A DNA stretch of 64,000 bases from Candidatus Latescibacterota bacterium (GTDB lineage: Bacteria; Latescibacterota; UBA2968; UBA8231): contig CBDCNM010000001.1 in assembly GCA_965219385.1 (NCBI GenBank), positions 298,631 to 362,630 of the forward strand, read 5' to 3'. The first letter of the stretch is position 1; each line of letters opens with the position of its first letter. Below the pieces are notes generated by a model. That model did not search any database, had not been told where the DNA came from, and worked only from the letters and a program-made list of their open reading frames with translations. The position numbers and the translations under genes are program-made. Of the stretch, positions 28,607 to 38,726 are shown piece after piece.

Positions 28607-29668
28607 ATGGCCATTGTCCAAAACACTCTTTATCTGACGACGCCGAAAACCGTAGTGCTCAGGGATCACTTGACGCTCCGGGTCGAGATCGAAAAGCAAA
28701 CCCGCCTGACCGTGCCCATTCACCATTTGGAAAGCATCTGCGCCTTTGGGCAGGTCGTGGTTACGCCGCCGGCCATGGCCTTGTGCTGGGATCATCAGGT
28801 GGCGGTGCATTACCACACCGAGAACGGCTATTTGCTGGCGCAGGTCTTGGGAAGCGGAGATACCCGCTACTTGCTGCGCCGGGCTCAGTACGCGGCGGCG
28901 GACAGCCCACAGGATGCGGCTTGCATTGCCCGGCAATTCGTCGCTGGAAAGCTGCAAAATGCACGATCCAATCTCTTGCGGTCCAGGCGGGAAGTCGATG
29001 GCGATTCGGATCGGGGGAAGCTGGCGGATGCGGCTGATGAACTGGCCCGGCTGATCCGCCAACTCGGCGATGCCCCGCCCGTTGCCCCGGGTTGCGGGCT
29101 TCGGGAGGCGCTCGACCCGATCAGGGGCTTGGAAGGTCTGGGTGCCAAGGTGTATTTCTCGGTGTTCCAGTACATGCTCAAACAACAGCGAGAAGATTTC
29201 AGGTTTGTAACCCGCACGCGACGTCCGCCCCGGGATCGGATAAACTGCCTGCTTTCCTTTATATATGCCTTGGTCCGCCACGATTGTTTGGCCGCGTTGA
29301 CGACCGCCGGGCTGGACCCTTATGTCGGCTGGCTTCATGCGACGCGCGCCGGGAGGCCGGCTTGCGCTCTGGACCTGATGGAAGAGTTCCGGCCCTGTCT
29401 GGCGGAACGGCTGGCGTTGACCCTCGTCAATCGCCGCCAGATCGAATCCAAGCACTTTCGCGAACGAGAGGGCGGCGCCGTAGAATTCACCGACCAGGGC
29501 AGGAAAGAGGTCATCCAGGCTTGGCAACAGCGCAAGCAAACAGAAGTAAAACACGCCCTGTTTGAGCAAAATATCCATTTGGGACAAGTGTTCAGCATTC
29601 AAGCCAAGTTATTGGCCCGCAAGCTCCGCGGCGATGTCCCTGACTATATTCCCTTCATTCCGAAATAA
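28607..29668 (+). CDS. cas1: Type I-C Cas1
   Basis: NTLYLTT, RGLEGLGAKVYF, RRPPRDRINCLLSFIY, GLDPYVGWLH, ALDLMEEFRP. Confidence 0.96.
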   Translation: MAIVQNTLYLTTPKTVVLRDHLTLRVEIEKQTRLTVPIHHLESICAFGQVVVTPPAMALCWDHQVAVHYHTENGYLLAQVLGSGDTRYLLRRAQYAAADSPQDAACIARQFVAGKLQNARSNLLRSRREVDGDSDRGKLADAADELARLIRQLGDAPPVAPGCGLREALDPIRGLEGLGAKVYFSVFQYMLKQQREDFRFVTRTRRPPRDRINCLLSFIYALVRHDCLAALTTAGLDPYVGWLHATRAGRPACALDLMEEFRPCLAERLALTLVNRRQIESKHFREREGGAVEFTDQGRKEVIQAWQQRKQTEVKHALFEQNIHLGQVFSIQAKLLARKLRGDVPDYIPFIPK

Positions 29669-29958
29669 TGTTTATCCTGATCGCGTACGACGTTTCGACT
29701 GCGGACAAATCTGGGCAAAAACGACTGCGCCGAGTGGCAAGAGCCTGTGAGGATTACGGCGTCCGGGTGCAAAAATCGCTTTTTGAGTGTCAGGTGGGAA
29801 AAACCGAATGGGCGGCACTCAGAAATCGTCTGCTGAAGGAAATCGATTCCAAGCAGGATTCTCTCAGGGTCTATCATTTGGGCGAAGACACTAGAGACAA
29901 GACGGAGCATCACGGGTTCAACGAGCCCGTGGACTTGAATGCACCACTGATCTTATAG
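29668..29958 (+). CDS. cas2: Cas2
   Basis: ILIAYDV, RLRRVARACEDYGVRVQKSLFEC, DSLRVY. Confidence 0.96.
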   Translation: MFILIAYDVSTADKSGQKRLRRVARACEDYGVRVQKSLFECQVGKTEWAALRNRLLKEIDSKQDSLRVYHLGEDTRDKTEHHGFNEPVDLNAPLIL

Positions 29959-30138
29959 TATGCGCGAAGGTAGAGTAATGGAGTTTCGCCCCTGGTTTCG
30001 CGCAATGCGAAAACGTATGTATAACAACAGGTTAGCGCGTTCATCGATACTTGAGTCAGGAATTCTCGTCATCCATTCGATAGAATCGCGCATCCATCTG
30101 TGTAACCCTTTAGTATTCCGCTGGTTACAGCAACCAGC
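29959..30138 (+). promoter_or_regulatory. CRISPR leader
   Basis: 180-bp lower-GC non-coding stretch between cas2 and the first repeat. Confidence 0.75.
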
Positions 30139-33100
30139 GTCTCCCCTCGCTTCGGTGAGGGGAGCGGATTGAAACAGGTTGGCAGCTTCGGACATTTTGG
30201 CAGCGGACAAGTCTCCCCTCGCTTCGGTGAGGGGAGCGGATTGAAACCTATCCCGCATTTTTCGATCAACCCCAGCGATGAAAGTCTCCCCTCGCTTCGG
30301 TGAGGGGAGCGGATTGAAACGGATCACTCCGGTGGACTGGATTGGTGATGTCGTCGGTCTCCCCTCGCTTCGGTGAGGGGAGCGGATTGAAACATCCTCT
30401 TCATCCTCATCCCGTTGCTCATCCCGGTCTCCCCTCGCTTCGGTGAGGGGAGCGGATTGAAACTTGGCGGGTTGCGTCTTTTTCGCCGCCCGCGACTGTC
30501 TCCCCTCGCTTCGGTGAGGGGAGCGGATTGAAACCTCACGGTCCCGGGTACGGCAATTCCGCCGATACAGTCTCCCCTCGCTTCGGTGAGGGGAGCGGAT
30601 TGAAACACTGGTGCTATGGTAGCTGGTACCGGGGCTCAGGTGGTCTCCCCTCGCTTCGGTGAGGGGAGCGGATTGAAACGGTATATTATCCCAGACAGGC
30701 ACAAAGGAGGCCGTCTCCCCTCGCTTCGGTGAGGGGAGCGGATTGAAACGTGGTTGGGCGCGCCGGATTATGGAGCAGTATCGGGTCTCCCCTCGCTTCG
30801 GTGAGGGGAGCGGATTGAAACACCAACGCCACCAACGATAAAAGCGGACGGCCATCGTCTCCCCTCGCTTCGGTGAGGGGAGCGGATTGAAACCTGGTGC
30901 ACCAGGCATTTAACATCCAACGAGGAGTGTCTCCCCTCGCTTCGGTGAGGGGAGCGGATTGAAACATGAGACCTGTTGGCTCTGGCCCTCGGATTGCTTA
31001 GTCTCCCCTCGCTTCGGTGAGGGGAGCGGATTGAAACATCCGTATGTTAGTAATCAGAAATTGAAATTGAAGGTCTCCCCTCGCTTCGGTGAGGGGAGCG
31101 GATTGAAACGTGGTTGGGCGCGCCGGATTATGGAGCAGTATCGGGTCTCCCCTCGCTTCGGTGAGGGGAGCGGATTGAAACCAACACCGGCGTCTGGAAA
31201 AAGACCTGCGGACTGGGTCTCCCCTCGCTTCGGTGAGGGGAGCGGATTGAAACGCTGCTGAGTATTTCAGGTACCCGATCCTCCTCCTGTCTCCCCTCGC
31301 TTCGGTGAGGGGAGCGGATTGAAACTCCTGCCGTGCGCACATCAATTCACTAGCCCACTTGTCTCCCCTCGCTTCGGTGAGGGGAGCGGATTGAAACCCT
31401 TTCCGGCCTATCCCCTTAGAATGTGCCGCTTGTGTCTCCCCTCGCTTCGGTGAGGGGAGCGGATTGAAACCTCACCCTAACCGGAGGAACCGAATGACCG
31501 CACCAGTCTCCCCTCGCTTCGGTGAGGGGAGCGGATTGAAACCTCTACCTCTTCTGGGCGATCTTCACCGGCCTAGTGGTCTCCCCTCGCTTCGGTGAGG
31601 GGAGCGGATTGAAACGCAGTATTCGCACATCCAGGGATCGGGTGCCTCCGTCTCCCCTCGCTTCGGTGAGGGGAGCGGATTGAAACGAAATGGGGCATCC
31701 GCAAGGCCCGTGGGCAAAAAAGTCTCCCCTCGCTTCGGTGAGGGGAGCGGATTGAAACAAGCTTTCTAAAGCCCCAAGGCATCCCCCGCTACGTCTCCCC
31801 TCGCTTCGGTGAGGGGAGCGGATTGAAACACTGCCGGTACTGCGGCGCTCGCCTCAGCACCCCGGTCTCCCCTCGCTTCGGTGAGGGGAGCGGATTGAAA
31901 CCCGTCTGCGAAGACGAACCATGAAATTTAACCCACGTCTCCCCTCGCTTCGGTGAGGGGAGCGGATTGAAACGCTGGCGAGGGGCAAAATCGAGCGTCC
32001 GCGCAGGAGGTCTCCCCTCGCTTCGGTGAGGGGAGCGGATTGAAACATAGCTGGCCGTCCAGGTGCCGGCGGCGGAAAAGTGTCTCCCCTCGCTTCGGTG
32101 AGGGGAGCGGATTGAAACCCAACCCTCGGCCAAGCTGAGGATCCGGTCGCTGTGTCTCCCCTCGCTTCGGTGAGGGGAGCGGATTGAAACTGCTTGACCA
32201 CCCCGAACCTGTACTGCGTCCACTGGGTCTCCCCTCGCTTCGGTGAGGGGAGCGGATTGAAACAACTGTGCGATGCCGGTGGTAGCCGTGACGGCCAGGT
32301 CTCCCCTCGCTTCGGTGAGGGGAGCGGATTGAAACAGCAGCGGGAAGGGCCTCTAAAGAGGAATACAAAAGTCTCCCCTCGCTTCGGTGAGGGGAGCGGA
32401 TTGAAACCCGGCCGTCCCTCTGCTTTTAGGTGCTGTTGAGGCGTCTCCCCTCGCTTCGGTGAGGGGAGCGGATTGAAACGGGATGGATAGCACACCCTGG
32501 CATACTCAGCATGAGTCTCCCCTCGCTTCGGTGAGGGGAGCGGATTGAAACCCGAAATTGAGAAGCGCGCGAGAATAACGCAGGTTGTCTCCCCTCGCTT
32601 CGGTGAGGGGAGCGGATTGAAACAACCCATGGCAGTTACCATAGACAGCATCCCTGTAGTCTCCCCTCGCTTCGGTGAGGGGAGCGGATTGAAACTTATC
32701 CCAGGGCGATTAATCCTCTATGGGTCGAGGTCTCCCCTCGCTTCGGTGAGGGGAGCGGATTGAAACCATCCTTGTGTGCTCGGAAACCTGATACGCCTTT
32801 CAGGTCTCCCCTCGCTTCGGTGAGGGGAGCGGATTGAAACACAGATACCGGGTATTTTTCCTTCTCCTCCGCCATGGTCTCCCCTCGCTTCGGTGAGGGG
32901 AGCGGATTGAAACAGGTTGGCAGGTAGCGGACATTTTGGCAGCAAGACGTCTCCCCTCGCTTCGGTGAGGGGAGCGGATTGAAACCCAACCCTCGGCCAA
33001 GCTGAGGATCCGGTCGCTGTGTCTCCCCTCGCTTCGGTGAGGGGAGCGGATTGAAACTTTTTACATGTGGTGCACAGTCCCGGCTTGTACTTGTCTCCCC

Positions 33101-36100
33101 TCGCTTCGGTGAGGGGAGCGGATTGAAACACCCGATAGCTGTCGAGGGCTGAAGCCCTCCTGATGAGGTCTCCCCTCGCTTCGGTGAGGGGAGCGGATTG
33201 AAACGCTGCTGAGTATTTCAGGTACCCGCCTCCTCCTGGGTCTCCCCTCGCTTCGGTGAGGGGAGCGGATTGAAACCAAGCCCGCTCAATCACGTACACT
33301 CAGGCATGGGCGTCTCCCCTCGCTTCGGTGAGGGGAGCGGATTGAAACCAGTGCTCTCGGATTTCCCCCGATGACATCACTTGTCTCCCCTCGCTTCGGT
33401 GAGGGGAGCGGATTGAAACTGATATTGCCAATAATGTCTCCCTCGTACCGGCAAGTCTCCCCTCGCTTCGGTGAGGGGAGCGGATTGAAACAAGACGTCG
33501 GCGTCGGCCCCTTGCCCATCGGAACAGTCTCCCCTCGCTTCGGTGAGGGGAGCGGATTGAAACCGATGTTGCGGAAGGGGAAAACCTCGACGAGATTAGT
33601 CTCCCCTCGCTTCGGTGAGGGGAGCGGATTGAAACCGATGTTGCGGAAGGGGAAAACCTCGACGAGATTAGTCTCCCCTCGCTTCGGTGAGGGGAGCGGA
33701 TTGAAACGACTACACTGATGAGGAGCTGATCGAGCTCATCGTCTCCCCTCGCTTCGGTGAGGGGAGCGGATTGAAACATTTTACGGCCGGACCAAACCTG
33801 AGCGCCACTTCGTCTCCCCTCGCTTCGGTGAGGGGAGCGGATTGAAACCAGAGGGTGATGATCCTGGTTCATACCAACTCCTACGTCTCCCCTCGCTTCG
33901 GTGAGGGGAGCGGATTGAAACCTGTGGTGGCATGGCACGGACTGGACGACATCTATGTCTCCCCTCGCTTCGGTGAGGGGAGCGGATTGAAACGTGATGT
34001 CGTCTACGGGGCACGACAGGGAACTGTGTCTCCCCTCGCTTCGGTGAGGGGAGCGGATTGAAACGTAAAAGCTTCGCCAATTCGTGACGAGCTTGGCGAG
34101 TCTCCCCTCGCTTCGGTGAGGGGAGCGGATTGAAACGACTACACTGATGAGGAGCTGATCGAGCTCATCGTCTCCCCTCGCTTCGGTGAGGGGAGCGGAT
34201 TGAAACATTTTACGGCCGGACCAAACCTGAGCGCCACTTCGTCTCCCCTCGCTTCGGTGAGGGGAGCGGATTGAAACCAGAGGGTGATGATCCTGGTTCA
34301 TACCAACTCCTACGTCTCCCCTCGCTTCGGTGAGGGGAGCGGATTGAAACCTGTGGTGGCATGGCACGGACTGGACGACATCTATGTCTCCCCTCGCTTC
34401 GGTGAGGGGAGCGGATTGAAACGTGATGTCGTCTACGGGGCACGACAGGGAACTGTGTCTCCCCTCGCTTCGGTGAGGGGAGCGGATTGAAACGTAAAAG
34501 CTTCGCCAATTCGTGACGAGCTTGGCGAGTCTCCCCTCGCTTCGGTGAGGGGAGCGGATTGAAACGACTACACTGATGAGGAGCTGATCGAGCTCATCGT
34601 CTCCCCTCGCTTCGGTGAGGGGAGCGGATTGAAACATTTTACGGCCGGACCAAACCTGAGCGCCACTTCGTCTCCCCTCGCTTCGGTGAGGGGAGCGGAT
34701 TGAAACCAGAGGGTGATGATCCTGGTTCATACCAACTCCTACGTCTCCCCTCGCTTCGGTGAGGGGAGCGGATTGAAACCTGTGGTGGCATGGCACGGAC
34801 TGGACGACATCTATGTCTCCCCTCGCTTCGGTGAGGGGAGCGGATTGAAACGTGATGTCGTCTACGGGGCACGACAGGGAACTGTGTCTCCCCTCGCTTC
34901 GGTGAGGGGAGCGGATTGAAACGTAAAAGCTTCGCCAATTCGTGACGAGCTTGGCGAGTCTCCCCTCGCTTCGGTGAGGGGAGCGGATTGAAACAAAGCT
35001 ACTGAGCTTGATATACTGATTGAGAAAAGTCTCCCCTCGCTTCGGTGAGGGGAGCGGATTGAAACCTCAACGACGCGGTTGGCTTTGCCCTCGTCCTCGA
35101 TGAAGGAGTCTCCCCTCGCTTCGGTGAGGGGAGCGGATTGAAACTTGCTACTTCTGATTGTTGCTGACATTGCTACATGTCTCCCCTCGCTTCGGTGAGG
35201 GGAGCGGATTGAAACTACCTACTGCCGATGCCCATGCGTGTATGCCTATCCGGTCTCCCCTCGCTTCGGTGAGGGGAGCGGATTGAAACGGGTTCAACTC
35301 GACCACCTGGCCCGGGGGCAGGGACGTCTCCCCTCGCTTCGGTGAGGGGAGCGGATTGAAACGGAGACGACGGGGACGATGGAGAGGACGGGCAGGATGT
35401 CTCCCCTCGCTTCGGTGAGGGGAGCGGATTGAAACAGCACCAAGTGTCCTCAACGAAAGATACACTCGAAGTCTCCCCTCGCTTCGGTGAGGGGAGCGGA
35501 TTGAAACAACGCAGCAGGACACGTAGTGCACTCTCCTTGCTGGTCTCCCCTCGCTTCGGTGAGGGGAGCGGATTGAAACACCGTCGTCCCGGACATAGAG
35601 TCGCTGATTGGTCTGTCTCCCCTCGCTTCGGTGAGGGGAGCGGATTGAAACCCGATAGTGAGAAGCGCGCGAGAATAACGCGAAGTGTCTCCCCTCGCTT
35701 CGGTGAGGGGAGCGGATTGAAACGGCTACCATACCGACGCTCGACAGCTTTTATGCCGGTCTCCCCTCGCTTCGGTGAGGGGAGCGGATTGAAACACTGA
35801 TGAGTCCTGGTAGTGGCCAGGTCGAAACCGTCTCCCCTCGCTTCGGTGAGGGGAGCGGATTGAAACAGAAAAAAAAGAAGGACCACCCCCCCACAAGATT
35901 GGTCTCCCCTCGCTTCGGTGAGGGGAGCGGATTGAAACGACTTGCTGTGGCCGACAGAGGAAGGGCCCTCCTGTCTCCCCTCGCTTCGGTGAGGGGAGCG
36001 GATTGAAACAAGGCATCCAGTAGCGTAACGATCTGGGCTGCGGGTCTCCCCTCGCTTCGGTGAGGGGAGCGGATTGAAACAAATACTTCCCGAGGGTGCA

Positions 36101-37951
36101 CGATGCAAGCCGATGTCTCCCCTCGCTTCGGTGAGGGGAGCGGATTGAAACGGCAACCGGCGCTTAGAGGCGCTCGACGCGCTGGGTCTCCCCTCGCTTC
36201 GGTGAGGGGAGCGGATTGAAACGAGAATGCGCGGTTACTTGAGGAGCTCGCGCGCGGGTCTCCCCTCGCTTCGGTGAGGGGAGCGGATTGAAACTCGAAT
36301 TTCGGGCCGGCCGACGCGGGCTGCCGTTCGGTCTCCCCTCGCTTCGGTGAGGGGAGCGGATTGAAACAGTTATGGGCTTCTGGGCAGCCGGCCTGATTTC
36401 CGGGTCTCCCCTCGCTTCGGTGAGGGGAGCGGATTGAAACGTCGTCGAGCCGTCCGTTGTTCGGTGTTGCGGTAAGTCTCCCCTCGCTTCGGTGAGGGGA
36501 GCGGATTGAAACCAGCAGCGCCGTCCGTTCGCCCTCTACCGTGGTAAGTCTCCCCTCGCTTCGGTGAGGGGAGCGGATTGAAACCACCACAACAACGGCC
36601 AGCCCGAAACGCAGTGCTGAGTCTCCCCTCGCTTCGGTGAGGGGAGCGGATTGAAACTTGCGCTCCCCGGGTACGGCAATTCCGCCTATACCAGTCTCCC
36701 CTCGCTTCGGTGAGGGGAGCGGATTGAAACGATTACGGGCATCCGCAAGGCCCATGGGCAGAAAGTCTCCCCTCGCTTCGGTGAGGGGAGCGGATTGAAA
36801 CAAGGCATCCAGTAGCGTAACGATCTGGGCTGCGGGTCTCCCCTCGCTTCGGTGAGGGGAGCGGATTGAAACGGCAACCGGCGCTTAGAGGCGCTCGACG
36901 CGCTGGGTCTCCCCTCGCTTCGGTGAGGGGAGCGGATTGAAACGAGAATGCGCGGTTACTTGAGGAGCTCGCGCGCGGGTCTCCCCTCGCTTCGGTGAGG
37001 GGAGCGGATTGAAACACCACGCGCTCGGAGACCTCCACTTCTTTTCTGGCCGTCTCCCCTCGCTTCGGTGAGGGGAGCGGATTGAAACACCACGCGCTCG
37101 GAGACCTCCACTTCTTTTCTGGCCGTCTCCCCTCGCTTCGGTGAGGGGAGCGGATTGAAACATATTTCAATCCCTGGCAACTTCAGCTTTACCACCGTCT
37201 CCCCTCGCTTCGGTGAGGGGAGCGGATTGAAACCCGAATCAGTGGGCGGTAGAGGTCACGCTACCGCGTCTCCCCTCGCTTCGGTGAGGGGAGCGGATTG
37301 AAACATTGAAAATTGAAGCTCGTCACCCGCTGGCCGCCGGTCTCCCCTCGCTTCGGTGAGGGGAGCGGATTGAAACGAGTGAGCGGGGTAATGCGCGCGC
37401 GTTGCTCGTCGGTCTCCCCTCGCTTCGGTGAGGGGAGCGGATTGAAACATTGAAAATTGAAGCTCGTCACCCGCTGGCCGCCGGTCTCCCCTCGCTTCGG
37501 TGAGGGGAGCGGATTGAAACGAGTGAGCGGGGTAATGCGCGCGCGTTGCTCGTCGGTCTCCCCTCGCTTCGGTGAGGGGAGCGGATTGAAACGACCAGAT
37601 TACCGATAGCAAGGTGGTCGCTATCCACGTCTCCCCTCGCTTCGGTGAGGGGAGCGGATTGAAACCGGATTCGGGCCCGCTTCTCGGTCGGGATGTGGAG
37701 GTCTCCCCTCGCTTCGGTGAGGGGAGCGGATTGAAACTTGGAAATTGAAGCTCGTCACCCGCTGGCCGCCGGTCTCCCCTCGCTTCGGTGAGGGGAGCGG
37801 ATTGAAACGTCGAAGCCGGATCGATCAACCAGTGACGGCAGGGTCTCCCCTCGCTTCGGTGAGGGGAGCGGATTGAAACCGGTACCGCGAGCTGGTGTTC
37901 CAGCACCATCCCGAGTCTCCCCTCGCTTCGGTGAGGGGAGCGGATTGAAAC
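30139..37951 (+). CRISPR. Type I-C CRISPR array: 109 copies of 37-nt GTCTCCCCTCGCTTCGGTGAGGGGAGCGGATTGAAAC, 108 spacers (mostly 33-38 nt, one 42 nt)
   Basis: Manual count; hairpin CTCCCCTCGC-TTCG-GTGAGGGGAG and ATTGAAAC end; degenerate remnant tgctttggtgaggggaatgg right after the last repeat. Confidence 0.98.
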
Positions 37952-37972
37952 TGCTTTGGTGAGGGGAATGGT

Positions 37973-37990
37973 TGCCAACTATAGTTGGCA
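37973..37990. promoter_or_regulatory. Perfect 18-bp palindrome, probable operator of the addiction module
   Basis: TGCCAACTATAGTTGGCA upstream of the toxin remnant and antitoxin. Confidence 0.6.
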
Positions 37991-38040
37991 CTTGCATATT
38001 ATTATGAAACAGAATAGGTGAATGTGGCCGGGATGGCTAG

Positions 38041-38244
38041 AGAGAAACATGTCATTTTGATTGCAGGTCGCTCAAAGACGGTGTCTTTGAGCTTCGTTTG
38101 GTATTTGGCCCCGGCTACCGCGTGTATTTCGGGGAAGCTGGAGACACTATAGTTGTGATACTGTGCGGGGGAGATAAGAGCAGCCAAATGCAGGATATTG
38201 CAAGGGCAAAAGCCTACTGGAAGGAGTATTCGAGCCATGCCTAA
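38041..38244 (+). pseudogene. 5'-truncated RelE/HigB-like addiction-module killer
   Basis: DCRSLKDGVFELRLVFGPGYRVYFG...ILCGGDKSSQMQDIARAKAYW; in-frame TAG at 38038 and N-terminal part missing. Confidence 0.75.
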
Positions 38245-38554
38245 ATACAGGACATTAGAAGAAGTCACCGAAGAATATTTCAGAGAACACCCGGATGAAA
38301 TCGAGGACTTTCTGACAGAAAACTTTGAGGAATACGCCAAGGACGGCGATTCGGCAGCGCTTTTATCTGCGTTGCGGATCGTTGCCCGCGTCAAAAGCAT
38401 ATCTGCCATAGCCGACGAAATCGGCATGACCCGTCATGGATTGCAAAAGGCACTTTCTTCCAAGGGAAATCCACGCCTCGATAACATCAACTCCATCATG
38501 CGGGCGATGGGATACCGGCTTATGCCGCAAAAGATGGAACAGCCCGCCGGATAA
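38237..38554 (+). CDS. Addiction-module antidote (HTH antitoxin)
   Basis: LLSALRIVARVKSISAIADEIGMTRHGLQKALSSKGNPRLDNINSIMRAMG; AAGGAG RBS; overlaps the toxin remnant. Confidence 0.85.
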   Translation: MPKYRTLEEVTEEYFREHPDEIEDFLTENFEEYAKDGDSAALLSALRIVARVKSISAIADEIGMTRHGLQKALSSKGNPRLDNINSIMRAMGYRLMPQKMEQPAG

Positions 38555-38726
38555 ATGCCTAAACCGCCCAGTACTTGGTACGTATGTATAATCCGCAGGC
38601 TTGATTCCAAGGAGGTCGACGGCAAAAGCCTCTTCAATACGCCGGTTGCTTGCCTCAGTTTTACCCTGTTGCACCTGCTCGGGGTTTGGTATCATTTTTA
38701 TGTATTCGCTCCCATGGAAGACCACA

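Noticed and set aside
33708..33740. Spacer gactacactgatgaggagctgatcgagctcatc contains CTGATGA plus a hairpin
   Set aside because: No GAAA follows the stem and it translates cleanly as DYTDEELIELI, so a coding origin is more likely than a hammerhead
30139..37951. Self-targeting of this window by array spacers
   Set aside because: None noticed by eye; an exhaustive alignment could not be run, so no claim is made
29953..37997. Many ORFs in the track over the array (FQSAPLTEARGD etc.)
   Set aside because: Translations of CRISPR repeats, not genes
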